Shown: positions 1 through 9,481 of the stretch, piece after piece
How positions within the stretch are numbered: position 1 is the first letter of the stretch
Layout of the letters: the number at the start of each line of letters is the position of its first letter
NCBI GenBank assembly: GCA_049632765.1
Contig: JBNACB010000006.1
Location: 53 to 64,052 of the forward strand
Reading direction: 5' to 3'
DNA: 64,000 nucleotides
Origin: Akkermansiaceae bacterium
GTDB taxonomy: Bacteria; Verrucomicrobiota; Verrucomicrobiia; Verrucomicrobiales; Akkermansiaceae
The notes under the pieces: generated by a model
Told to the model about the DNA's origin: nothing
Databases searched by the model: none
The model's input: only the letters and a program-made list of their open reading frames with translations
Program-made: the position numbers and the translations under genes

Positions 1-2
1 GT

Positions 3-752
3 GACTTTGGCTCCACCGGTCTATCACCGAGCAATCAGGAACTGCTCGACTATCTAGCGGTAAGCTTCCCTCAGAAGCATCAATGGTCACTGAAGTCCCT
101 GCTTAGGGAGCTCGTCCTCAGTGCGGCCTATCGCCAGGATCACAGTACGACGGCTGAACTCGCAACACGGGACCCGGGCAACCGTCTGCTGGCACGCGGC
201 CCGCGCAACAGGCTCAGTGCCGAGATGATCCGGGACAACGCGCTGCAGACCTCGGGTTTACTCAGTAAAAAGATGCTCGGTCCTTCGGTGATGCCGCCCC
301 AGCCTGAGGGAATCTGGGCCGGCGGCTACGGTGGTGGCAAGTGGGTTGTTGCCGAAGGTGAGGACCGCTATCGGCGGGGGCTCTACACCTACTGGAGACG
401 AACGGTCCCCTACCCGGCATTCCTCACCTTTGATGTCCCTACCAAAGAGGTGTGTGTCACCCAACGCATCAGCACCAACACCCCGCTCCACGCTCTCAAC
501 ACCCTCAATGACCCGGTGCACCATGAGGCCGCCCAGGCCCTTGCCAAGCGCATGATCGCACATTCCCAGGATCTCCCGGCCCAATTGTCTCACGGATACA
601 GGCTCGCTACCCAGAAGCAACCGGCCCCCGAAACCCTGGCTCACCTGAACGATTTACACGGGCAACTTTTCAACGAAAGCAAGGATAACGAAGTAACCAT
701 GACCTTGGTGGCAAACACCATTCTCAACCTGGACGATGCCTTGACGAAGTAA
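3..752 (+). CDS. DUF1553 (PSD1) domain protein, 5'-truncated by the window edge
   Basis: The frame is open from position 3 (DFGSTGLSPSNQELLDYLA...WSLKSLLRELVLSAAYRQ). It continues into RRGLYTYWRRT..P...TFD.P...C...R..TNTPLHALNTLND, the typical DUF1553 motifs. It lies directly upstream of a DUF1501 gene. Confidence 0.88.
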   Translation, partial: DFGSTGLSPSNQELLDYLAVSFPQKHQWSLKSLLRELVLSAAYRQDHSTTAELATRDPGNRLLARGPRNRLSAEMIRDNALQTSGLLSKKMLGPSVMPPQPEGIWAGGYGGGKWVVAEGEDRYRRGLYTYWRRTVPYPAFLTFDVPTKEVCVTQRISTNTPLHALNTLNDPVHHEAAQALAKRMIAHSQDLPAQLSHGYRLATQKQPAPETLAHLNDLHGQLFNESKDNEVTMTLVANTILNLDDALTK

Positions 753-783
753 CTTCGTCACCAACCACCAACCGCCAAAAACC

Positions 784-2259
784 ATGAACCTGGAAAACCA
801 GCTCATTCACGACAGCCTCCTGCAGCAGACCCGCCGTCAATTCCTCCACAAGTGTACTACGGGACTTGGAGGAGCCTTCCTCGGTTCCATGATGGGTAAA
901 GCATCAGCAGCCGCTGGCGCAGCGAGTCACGCCGAGGGCATCATGAAAAACCTCAGCCACTTCGCCCCCAAGGCGAAGCGGGTTATCTTCATGCATATGG
1001 CGGGTGCCCCCTCGCACCTTGAGCTCTTCGACTACAAGCCGGAACTGAGCAAACTCAATGGCAAACCCGCCCCCAGAGAGCTTTTAGAAGGTGCCAACTT
1101 CCCCTTCCTTCAGGGCGTCCCCGAGCTGATGGGCTCCATCTATCCTTTCCATAAGGCGGGCGAAAGCGGGCAATGGATTACTGACCGCATGCCCCACTTT
1201 GAAAAGGTCATTGATGAGGTGTGCTTCATCCGATCCATGCAGACGGACCAGTTCAATCACGCTCCGGCACAGCTTCTCCTCCATACCGGCAACACCCTGC
1301 TTGGCAATCCTTCTATTGGCTCCTGGGTCACCTACGGGCTGGGGTCGGAAAATGAAAACCTCCCAGGCTTTATCGTGCTGCTCTCAGGCGGCAAAGGTCC
1401 CTCCGCCGGCAAATCTGTATGGGGCTCGGGCTTCATCCCCTCCGTGTATCAGGGTGTCCAGTGCCGCTCCAAGGGCGACCCCGTCCTCTACCTCTCGAAC
1501 CCGGAAAAGGTAAACCGCAACATGCGCAAGGCCACTATTGACGCGATCACCAAAATCAACCAGCAGGCACACGCAGAGCATCACGACCCTGAAACCCTGA
1601 CCCGTATTTCCCAGTATGAGATGGCGTTCAAAATGCAGATTCATGCCAGCGACGCCTTTGACCTGAAGGAAGAGCCTGAGCACATCAAGGAGCTCTATGG
1701 AGCCAAGCCAGGCCAGGAATCCTTCGCCAACAACTGCCTGCTCGCACGCCGCATGGCGGAGCGCGGCGTTCGCTACATCCAGCTCTTTGACTGGGGCTGG
1801 GACACCCATGGTGCCAACAAGAAAAATGGCCTCGACACCAAATTTGTGCAAAAGTGTAAGGAAATTGATCAGCCCATTTACGCGCTGATCACCGACCTCA
1901 AGCAACGGGGACTTCTGGAAGACACCCTGCTGGTATGGGGCTCGGAGTTCGGCCGCACCCCCATGAAGGAAAACCGCGGCGGCAATGACAAAGCCGGTAT
2001 CGGCCGGGACCACAACCCCGGAGGCTATACCATCTGGATCGCAGGTGCAGGCGTCAAACGCGGTTTTTCCTACGGAGCGACAGACAGCATTGGCTACAAG
2101 GCCATCGAAAACCCCACATCCACCCAGGACCTGCAGGCCACGATTCTCCATCTCATGGGCATGAAATACAACAAGCTCACTTTCCCCTTCCAGGGCCTTG
2201 ACCAGACCCTTCCCGGTGTCACCAAGCCTGCTCATGTCATCAGGGACATCATTGCCTGA
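784..2259 (+). CDS. DUF1501 domain protein with Tat signal (sulfatase/alkaline-phosphatase-like fold)
   Basis: Twin-arginine motif TRRQFL. DUF1501 motifs include AKRVIF.HMAGAPSHLELFDYKP, FNHAPAQ, GWDTHG, WGSEFGRTP and GRDHNP. Confidence 0.9.
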   Translation: MNLENQLIHDSLLQQTRRQFLHKCTTGLGGAFLGSMMGKASAAAGAASHAEGIMKNLSHFAPKAKRVIFMHMAGAPSHLELFDYKPELSKLNGKPAPRELLEGANFPFLQGVPELMGSIYPFHKAGESGQWITDRMPHFEKVIDEVCFIRSMQTDQFNHAPAQLLLHTGNTLLGNPSIGSWVTYGLGSENENLPGFIVLLSGGKGPSAGKSVWGSGFIPSVYQGVQCRSKGDPVLYLSNPEKVNRNMRKATIDAITKINQQAHAEHHDPETLTRISQYEMAFKMQIHASDAFDLKEEPEHIKELYGAKPGQESFANNCLLARRMAERGVRYIQLFDWGWDTHGANKKNGLDTKFVQKCKEIDQPIYALITDLKQRGLLEDTLLVWGSEFGRTPMKENRGGNDKAGIGRDHNPGGYTIWIAGAGVKRGFSYGATDSIGYKAIENPTSTQDLQATILHLMGMKYNKLTFPFQGLDQTLPGVTKPAHVIRDIIA

Positions 2260-2306
2260 TTGCCTTGGCCATCTGGTCACGCAGTCACAATTGGAGCTCT
2301 AAAAAA

Positions 2307-2335
2307 TTGCACACATAACTGATCTGATCCATCAT
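2307..2335 (+). promoter_or_regulatory. Putative sigma70 promoter of glnD
   Basis: TTGCAC (2307-2312)-N17-CATCAT (2330-2335), judged by eye. Confidence 0.35.
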
Positions 2336-2361
2336 CGGGCATCTACACAACAGCATTTGTC

Positions 2362-5145
2362 TTGCCCGTGCCATCAACCAATACCAGTCAGGATCCCAGA
2401 GAGAGAGCCAAGCGCGAACTGAGCGCCATTAGCAAGGGACATCTTGCCTCCAGTGAGAGTGCTGCCCTCGTGATGCGTTTTATCAAGGATGAGGAAAACC
2501 ATATCCTTGAGCGACATCGCAGCGGAGCCGGAGGACTTGAGATTGCCTCTGCTCGCGCAGCACTGCTCGATGCGATTCTTGAGGTCATGTTCAAGGCCGC
2601 CATCAAGCGCCACGATGGCTCAACACCAAAAGTAGCTCTTGTCGCCCAGGGAGGTTATGGCCGCGGCACACTCAATCCCGGCTCTGACTTGGATCTGCTT
2701 TTTTTGCTGCCGCGCGCATCCAACAAACTACCCAAAAGCATTTCGACAACCATTGAGGAGATTCTCTATATTCTCTGGGACGCAGGCTTTAAAGTCGGCC
2801 ACGCCTGCCGATCAATTCCTGAGTGCATTAGCGAGGCGCGCAAGGACCAGATCAGCAAGACTGCGCTCATGGATGCCCGCTTTATTGTGGGTAACAAAAC
2901 ACTCTTCAATACCTTTGCTACACGCTTCGAAAATGAATGTGTGAAAAAGGGTCAGCAGGCCTTTTTTGACCTGCGCCGCAATGACCTGCGCCAACGCCAC
3001 AGCAAATACTCGCACACCGTCTTCCTCCAGGAACCTCATGTCAAAGAGAGCTGTGGTGGTCTCCGAGACTACCAAAACATACTCTGGGTGGCACGAGTCA
3101 AGCGGGGTTTCAACACCCTCGAAGAACTCGTTGAGGCAAAGATTATCACCAAAAGTACCTGCCGTCAGCTCAATGAGGGTTATGACTTTCTCCAGCGTGT
3201 CCGCAATGAGCTTCACTACGAGAGCAACCGTTCGACTGATCTGCTTACCTTGAGGCTTCAAGGAGTTGTCGCGACCAATTTCAAATACCCACAGAAAACG
3301 ATACTCAGACGCTGCGAGGCTTTCATGCGTGATTACTACCGTCACACAAGGGCTATCTACACTCACAGCACATCGCTGATGGAGTACTTTGAAATTGAAC
3401 ATCAAGAGAGCCCTGACACCGGACTCCTGCAGAAATTTCCCTTCGGGAAGAAAAAGACCAAAACCGATAAATTCGACGGATTCATCGCGCGCAACGGGCG
3501 TATTTTCCTCGAGAACAAAGACGTGCTCGACGAGGACCCCAACCGGGTCATGCGCTTGTTCCAACATTGCCAACTGCGTGGTCTGGAGTTGAGTCCCCAA
3601 GCTCGTAAATACCTGCATATTGCTGAAAAATCGATTGATCAGTCATTCCGCTACAATGCCAAAAACAGGGAGACGTTCCGGGCGATTCTGGAGCGCAAGG
3701 GCGAGGTGGCGCGTATTCTGCGTCTTATGCACCGCACCAAGATATTGGACAAATATATGCCAGAATTCGGAGCAATGGACTGCCTCGTGCAGCACGAGTT
3801 TTTCCACCGCTACACGGCAGATGAGCACACCCTGCGCTGCATTGACATGCTTGACAGTCTTACGGACAAACCTGACGAGCAAGACCCTGGCCGGAAGCTT
3901 TACCGCCAGTTACTTCATGACATTCAGGATCCATACGCCCTCTATCTGGCCATTCTACTTCACGATTCAGGACGGGCTGAAAACGTGCGCGAGCACATCG
4001 ACGGCTCCACCATGCTGGCCGACAAGGTATGTCGCCGCCTGCAAATCCGCAGCGGACGCCGCGCGATGATCATGTTCCTGGTCGACAACCACCTGACATT
4101 CTGGCGCTACGCAACCAGTCGTGATCTTAGTGATATATCAGTGATTGAGGAATTCGCTCACATTATCAAGGACAGACGCAACCTCGATGCCCTGCTGCTC
4201 TTCACCTGGGCGGACTCCAATGGAACGAATGATGAAGCATGGTCGCCGTGGAAGGAAACGCTCATGCTTCAGCTCTACAATGCCACACGCCTCTGGCTCC
4301 ATGAGGGCAAGGAGCAGTTTAAATCGACATTGATTGACAGCAAAAACAACCTTCTTGAGCGCTGCCGCAAAATGCTCAGCCCCAAATACCACGAGCAAAT
4401 GGAGCTGCATTTTGAGCGCATGCCCAGCCCTTACTTCCGCTTCAGGGAACCGAACAATATCTGCATTCACATCAAATCTGTGAAAACCTTCCTGGAACGT
4501 GAGCAGAAAGCTGAAGAGGGTTCGTTTCAGTGTGACATGAGGTGGATTGATCGTGACGACCGCTCCCACACCGAACTTCTGGTAACCGCCTGGAATCGCC
4601 CACTCTTCCTCGAGAAAGTTTGCTGTGCGCTCGCAGCCCATGAAATCAATATTATAAGTGCCGATGTCTATACCCGAACAGACGGTGTTGTTTGCGATCT
4701 CTTTCAGGTCTGTACTGTTGACCAGCAACCTGTGAGCTCCGAGCGGGATCGTAAGCGCGTTCTCGATACGTTCCGCGCCATTAACTCGGATCCGGATCCC
4801 TTCGCTGAATACCACCCTGAGCAATACCTCAAATCCAAGACCAACCTCTTGCGCACAGACATGACTGATGGAGGCATCCCCTTCCCAACGCGTGTGCACG
4901 TATCCAATGAGCTCAGTTCCACCTGCACTGCCATTCAGATCCAGGCACTGGATCGCATTGGCCTGCTTCACGATCTCTTCTATGCAATCGGAAAACTGGG
5001 CCTTGCAACCGTGCACTCACGCATCTGCACAGAGAAAGGTGCCGCTATGGACACCCTCTATGTCACCTGGCCTGATGGCTCCAAAGTCCTTGATGAAGAT
5101 AAATGCAAAGAGGTCGAACGTATTCTAAGTGAATTAGTTAGTTAG
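2362..5145 (+). CDS. glnD: [Protein-PII] uridylyltransferase/uridylyl-removing enzyme
   Basis: Nucleotidyltransferase motif AQGGYGRG.L.P.SDLDLLFL, KES.GGLRD, HD domain (FHRYTADEHTL...LLHD) and two C-terminal ACT domains (DRIGLLHDL). TTG start; GTG at 2368 is an alternative. Confidence 0.95.
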   Translation: MPVPSTNTSQDPRERAKRELSAISKGHLASSESAALVMRFIKDEENHILERHRSGAGGLEIASARAALLDAILEVMFKAAIKRHDGSTPKVALVAQGGYGRGTLNPGSDLDLLFLLPRASNKLPKSISTTIEEILYILWDAGFKVGHACRSIPECISEARKDQISKTALMDARFIVGNKTLFNTFATRFENECVKKGQQAFFDLRRNDLRQRHSKYSHTVFLQEPHVKESCGGLRDYQNILWVARVKRGFNTLEELVEAKIITKSTCRQLNEGYDFLQRVRNELHYESNRSTDLLTLRLQGVVATNFKYPQKTILRRCEAFMRDYYRHTRAIYTHSTSLMEYFEIEHQESPDTGLLQKFPFGKKKTKTDKFDGFIARNGRIFLENKDVLDEDPNRVMRLFQHCQLRGLELSPQARKYLHIAEKSIDQSFRYNAKNRETFRAILERKGEVARILRLMHRTKILDKYMPEFGAMDCLVQHEFFHRYTADEHTLRCIDMLDSLTDKPDEQDPGRKLYRQLLHDIQDPYALYLAILLHDSGRAENVREHIDGSTMLADKVCRRLQIRSGRRAMIMFLVDNHLTFWRYATSRDLSDISVIEEFAHIIKDRRNLDALLLFTWADSNGTNDEAWSPWKETLMLQLYNATRLWLHEGKEQFKSTLIDSKNNLLERCRKMLSPKYHEQMELHFERMPSPYFRFREPNNICIHIKSVKTFLEREQKAEEGSFQCDMRWIDRDDRSHTELLVTAWNRPLFLEKVCCALAAHEINIISADVYTRTDGVVCDLFQVCTVDQQPVSSERDRKRVLDTFRAINSDPDPFAEYHPEQYLKSKTNLLRTDMTDGGIPFPTRVHVSNELSSTCTAIQIQALDRIGLLHDLFYAIGKLGLATVHSRICTEKGAAMDTLYVTWPDGSKVLDEDKCKEVERILSELVS

Positions 5146-5293
5146 CAAACAAACGATATCGCTCACTGACAAACGAAGCAACAGCCCAGCTGATTCTTTG
5201 AGTTACGAGAACATGCTCTGCTGTTTGAGGAGGCACCATGCTGGGCTCATCGAGCACCCGACACGCTCATTTCAGGATTCCCATCTTAGATCA

Positions 5294-5322
5294 TTGACAC
5301 AGAGTATTTTATTTTTTATAAA
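5294..5322 (+). promoter_or_regulatory. Putative sigma70 promoter of the large metalloprotease gene
   Basis: TTGACA (5294-5299)-N17-TATAAA (5317-5322) in an AT-rich intergenic stretch. Confidence 0.6.
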
Positions 5323-5346
5323 ATTTGCTTAATCATCCCTCATTTA

Positions 5347-8300
5347 ATGCCCTTTACATTGAATAAAGCCAAGCTCGCAAGCATTGCAGGTGTCGCCCTC
5401 TTACTAGTTATTGCCTCCGCTCTAGTGGTGCTGAAACGATTTAGTTCGTTGCCCGCGGAACAAGCTGAAACCTCAACTGCAGAGACAGAGGCGCCCTACT
5501 GTAGCCACGGAGACGGCTGCATCCATAACCAAGGAGACCCAAATCGTGCTGCGACAAGAAAGCCCGGCAAGTCGTTTCCTGCCGTCAGGATCGAGCGTTC
5601 CGTCATTGAGGACAGCAAGTCCATTGCCAAGTCAAAACCGGGCGAGCGCTTCAGGCTCAATTTTGGCGATAATCTTATATTCGAGGCTAGAGTGAAGGTG
5701 AACAAAAGCTTCCCCGGCAATCAGCAGTCAGTCAACATGAGGCTTCTTGAGCGTGAGGGCTCGATCTACTGGCTCGAAAAAGCCGATGGCAGTATCATGG
5801 GCAACATTATGCTCAAGGATGGAGACCAAAACATCATCTATGAATACCATGGCCGTGATGGAGACCTCGTGATCCGCCAAATCAGCCAACAAGAGTTTAT
5901 TTGTTCATGGGGTGATACCGATGAGAACATTGGCATGCCCACCAGCGAAGACCCCTTTACCCCCGCAGAAAAAGCGGCCATCGTGCCCTTGCTCAACAGT
6001 TTGCCGGGTGCTGAGGCGGTCGTTTACATCGACGTCGATGGTGAGGTGGTTTCAGGCACACGGTGGGTAAATGGTGGAACTATCAATGCCGAACCGGCTG
6101 GTTTTGATGAAGCCCGCATCCGGGAAGTCTGGGAAGAGGTGGCCGAGGACATGAGACCTTTTCAGATCAATGTCACCACCGATCGGGCAGTGTATGATGC
6201 CGCACCTCAGAACAAAAAGATGATGTGTATCGTAACCCCGACGACTGATGCTGCACCCGGCGCAGGTGGTGTTGCTTATTTGAACTCTTTCTATGATGGG
6301 TCTATTGACCCATGTTGGGCTTTCAACCGCTCAGTAGGAAGTTGTGCCATGACGATCTCCCACGAGGTAGGACACACATTTGGACTCAGGCATGATGGCT
6401 TATCGAGTCAGCCAGGGCAGACAGAATATCATGAAGGCAACGGCACTTGGGGGCCGATTATGGGCGCACCCTTTGGCCTCAATGTCGTCAGCTGGAGCAA
6501 TGGCGATTATGATGGCAGTACAAGGACCGAGGACGATCTCCAAATCATCAACGATCTGTCTGCAAATTTCAGGGATGATCAATTTGGTGATTCAGATGAA
6601 GAGGCCTTCGATATTGCCGGGGAGCCTGGTGACGAGGACGTCGAACTCGAGGGCGTTATCGAAACTCCGGATGATGTCGATGTATTCACCTTCATGACCA
6701 ATGGAGGATCCGTCACGCTCACGGTAGATCCCGAGGGAGTAGCGATCAGCGAGTCAAAATTCGTCACCAACATGAATGTCCGTATCGAGTTGTATAACGA
6801 GGCGGGCGAGCTACTCGCTGAAAATGATCCTGAGGACTCCTACTCAGCATCCCTTACGGTTCAGCTCGAAACCGGAAACCACACTCTACACGTCACGGGC
6901 ACTAATAGCGGAGATGCTGACGCTACAGGATTCAATGATTACGGCAGCATTGGCCAATACACACTCACAGGCAATATTCCAGGTCTGGGAGGTGATGGCG
7001 ACTTGGATCCGCCGACCGCCGATCTCTCCAACCCGGGCAATGGCGAGGTTCTGGATGTGTCAGCGTCCAATGCACAGACTTATCTGGAAGTGACTTTTTC
7101 TGATGCAGGTCAGGGTGTGGATCCAGACACCATTGACGGCGATGAACTCTCCTTGAGTGGCAGCGGTGTGGGCACCGTAGTTCTCGATGGCACGGCGGTG
7201 CTAGTCAGTGGTACTACCTACCGCTATGGCTTCACGGGCTCTTTTGTGGATGGCGGAGTGGATGTTGAGTTTGTGGCTGGAAGTTTTGCTGATCTGGCAA
7301 GCACAACGAATTTCAATACATCCGAGACCGAGAGTTTCACCGTGGAGGTCTTGCCCTATTTTAAAATCATCGATGATGCCGATGACAGCTTCACTACCAC
7401 CGACGGCTGGAGCAGATACACCGGTAATACAAGTTTCAAGGGATATAATACGGATTTCAGCTACGCCGTAGCTGGAACGGGCAGCGAGAAGGCCACATGG
7501 ACCTTCGACGGGCTCGAAGCCGGGGAATACGAGATAGCCATTACATGGCAAGAGCGGGATACGTTCAGGGCCACTAACGCCCCATACAAGGCATATGATG
7601 CTTCAAACCCTACTGTTTTCTCATCCACTACCGTCGACCAGACCGCAGCACCTGTGGCAGACTACCTGAGGGGCGGTGAACCCTTCCAAGTCATCTTTCC
7701 TGCCGTCGAGGTCACCAGTGGCACTCTCATTGTGGAATTGTCGGATGACGCAAATGATTTCGTCATCGCCGATGCGGTGCGCATCGAGCTACTCGGACCC
7801 GATGAGAATCCACCGGTCGCAGACCTGACCAACCCAAGTAACGGCGGCACGATTAGCCCGGCCATACTCAACGCACGGGGTTACATTGAGGTAACCTTCT
7901 CAGACAGTGGCGATGGCGTGGACGAGAGCACCATTGGAGGTGATGAGATTTCTTTGACTGGCAGTGGTGTGAATGATGTGGTTCTCGGACCCCCAACACT
8001 TGTAGATGGCACGACTTACCAGTACGGCTTCACTGGTGAATTCGTCGAGGGCGAGGTCAATGTCGAGTTTGTCGCGGACACCTTTGCCGATCTGGCAGAC
8101 ACGCCCAATAACAATGTCTCAGAGACAGAAAGCTTCACAGTCGCTACACCGCCCCCACCCCCTGCCGTCCAGATTATGGATGATGCTGATGACGGCTTTA
8201 ATGCAGGCGAGGGATGGAGCACGTACGCTGGCAACACGGTAACCAATGGGTATAATACTAATTTCACTTACGCCAAGGCCACTGGGGATGGAGCGGCACT

Positions 8301-9423
8301 GGGAACAGCCACCTGGACATTCAGTGGGCTCGTTCCGGGCAGCTACGAAGTTGCCATGACCTGGAGCGAGCGTGAGATCTACCGCGCCCCCGATGCCCCC
8401 CTCAATATTTACGACGGCACCGATCCGAGCCCTGCCTTTTCCAAATTGGTGAACCAGCGCCTGGCACCGACAGCGGATCACGTGGAGGGAGGTGAACCCT
8501 TTGAGATTGTATCTGCCTCCGTTGAGATCACTGGTGATACACTCATTGTAGAGCTATCCAATAATGCAACTGACTATGTCATCGCCGATGCCGTGCGCAT
8601 TGAGCTCCTCTTACCTGCTGGACCCGATGTCACTCCACCGGTCGCAGATCTGACCAACCCCAGTGATGGCGGCACGATTAGCCCTGCCATACTCAATGCC
8701 CAGGGATATATTGAAGTCAGCTTCTCAGACAGTGGCGACGGAGTGGACGGGAACACCATTGGAGGTGGTGAGATTTCACTAAGTGGAAGTGGTGTGGGCA
8801 CAGCTACCTTGGATGGAAGCGCAGTGCTATCTGATGGCAACTACCGGTATGGCTTCACCGGTGACTTTGTCGAGGGAACGGTCAATGTCGATTTTGTCGC
8901 TGGCAGCTTTGCCGACTTGGCCGGCAATCTGAATGCCATAGAGACAGAGACTTTCACCGTTTCAACCCAGTCATTCTTGCAAACCATCGATGATGGTGAT
9001 GACGGCTTTACGGCAACTAACGGCTGGAGTGTCTATCCCGGCAACGAGGTCATCAGTGGATACAACACTAATTTTGCATATACTCAGGCAGGCGCAGGTG
9101 CTGAAACCGCCACCTGGACCTTCAGTGACGTGCCGGTTGGCAACTACGAGGTGGCCATCACATGGCGTGAGCGTTCGATCTATCGTGCGACCAATGCCCC
9201 CTTCAATGTATATGACGGCACAACACTCGTCGCCGGCACTGTGAGTGTGAACCAGCGTGTGGCTCCGACAGCCGATTATCTGGAGGGCGGTGAACCCTTC
9301 CAGATTGTATTTGAATCTGTCAATATTACCAGCGGCACACTCAAAGTCACCCTGTCCAATGACGCCGATGACTATCTCATCGCCGATGCCGTGCGCGTCG
9401 AGCTTATTGGTACTGATGAGTAA
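5347..9423 (+). CDS. Large membrane-anchored/secreted metzincin zinc metalloprotease with a PPC-like domain and 3x [Ig-like + golvesin/xanthan-lyase-CBD-like] modules
   Basis: N-terminal hydrophobic helix. HEVGHTFGLRH (HExxHxxGxxH) with Met-turn GPIMG, then a PPC-like segment (DDVDVFTF...YTL). Three repeats each carry ATWTF..L..G.YEVA.TW and VIADAVR motifs. Confidence 0.85.
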   Translation: MPFTLNKAKLASIAGVALLLVIASALVVLKRFSSLPAEQAETSTAETEAPYCSHGDGCIHNQGDPNRAATRKPGKSFPAVRIERSVIEDSKSIAKSKPGERFRLNFGDNLIFEARVKVNKSFPGNQQSVNMRLLEREGSIYWLEKADGSIMGNIMLKDGDQNIIYEYHGRDGDLVIRQISQQEFICSWGDTDENIGMPTSEDPFTPAEKAAIVPLLNSLPGAEAVVYIDVDGEVVSGTRWVNGGTINAEPAGFDEARIREVWEEVAEDMRPFQINVTTDRAVYDAAPQNKKMMCIVTPTTDAAPGAGGVAYLNSFYDGSIDPCWAFNRSVGSCAMTISHEVGHTFGLRHDGLSSQPGQTEYHEGNGTWGPIMGAPFGLNVVSWSNGDYDGSTRTEDDLQIINDLSANFRDDQFGDSDEEAFDIAGEPGDEDVELEGVIETPDDVDVFTFMTNGGSVTLTVDPEGVAISESKFVTNMNVRIELYNEAGELLAENDPEDSYSASLTVQLETGNHTLHVTGTNSGDADATGFNDYGSIGQYTLTGNIPGLGGDGDLDPPTADLSNPGNGEVLDVSASNAQTYLEVTFSDAGQGVDPDTIDGDELSLSGSGVGTVVLDGTAVLVSGTTYRYGFTGSFVDGGVDVEFVAGSFADLASTTNFNTSETESFTVEVLPYFKIIDDADDSFTTTDGWSRYTGNTSFKGYNTDFSYAVAGTGSEKATWTFDGLEAGEYEIAITWQERDTFRATNAPYKAYDASNPTVFSSTTVDQTAAPVADYLRGGEPFQVIFPAVEVTSGTLIVELSDDANDFVIADAVRIELLGPDENPPVADLTNPSNGGTISPAILNARGYIEVTFSDSGDGVDESTIGGDEISLTGSGVNDVVLGPPTLVDGTTYQYGFTGEFVEGEVNVEFVADTFADLADTPNNNVSETESFTVATPPPPPAVQIMDDADDGFNAGEGWSTYAGNTVTNGYNTNFTYAKATGDGAALGTATWTFSGLVPGSYEVAMTWSEREIYRAPDAPLNIYDGTDPSPAFSKLVNQRLAPTADHVEGGEPFEIVSASVEITGDTLIVELSNNATDYVIADAVRIELLLPAGPDVTPPVADLTNPSDGGTISPAILNAQGYIEVSFSDSGDGVDGNTIGGGEISLSGSGVGTATLDGSAVLSDGNYRYGFTGDFVEGTVNVDFVAGSFADLAGNLNAIETETFTVSTQSFLQTIDDGDDGFTATNGWSVYPGNEVISGYNTNFAYTQAGAGAETATWTFSDVPVGNYEVAITWRERSIYRATNAPFNVYDGTTLVAGTVSVNQRVAPTADYLEGGEPFQIVFESVNITSGTLKVTLSNDADDYLIADAVRVELIGTDE
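7006..9420 (+). repeat. Three tandem intragenic ~800-820 bp module repeats
   Basis: Units start at about 7006, 7804 and 8629 (PP.ADL.NP). Units 2 and 3 are visibly near-identical in DNA, e.g. ccaccggtcgcaga.ctgaccaacc...ggcggcacgattagccc.gccatactcaa. Confidence 0.85.
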
Positions 9424-9481
9424 GCTCTCTGCTTGTAAAATATTTACTCAAAACCCTCACTCCCATTTAACTCCCACCCCC

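Noticed and set aside
5183-5247. AGCCCAGC/GCTGGGCT inverted repeat as a riboswitch or sRNA
   Set aside because: Only an 8-bp stem with a 49-nt interior and no recognisable aptamer. It lies upstream of the predicted promoter, so it would not be in the protease leader.
7006-9420. Long repeats as a mobile element or array
   Set aside because: They are in-frame protein domain repeats with no terminal inverted repeats or transposase.
9257-9481. Extended N-terminus of the PEP-CTERM protease (ORF-track start 9257)
   Set aside because: It overlaps the upstream gene by 167 bp, and a clean signal peptide begins at ATG 9482.
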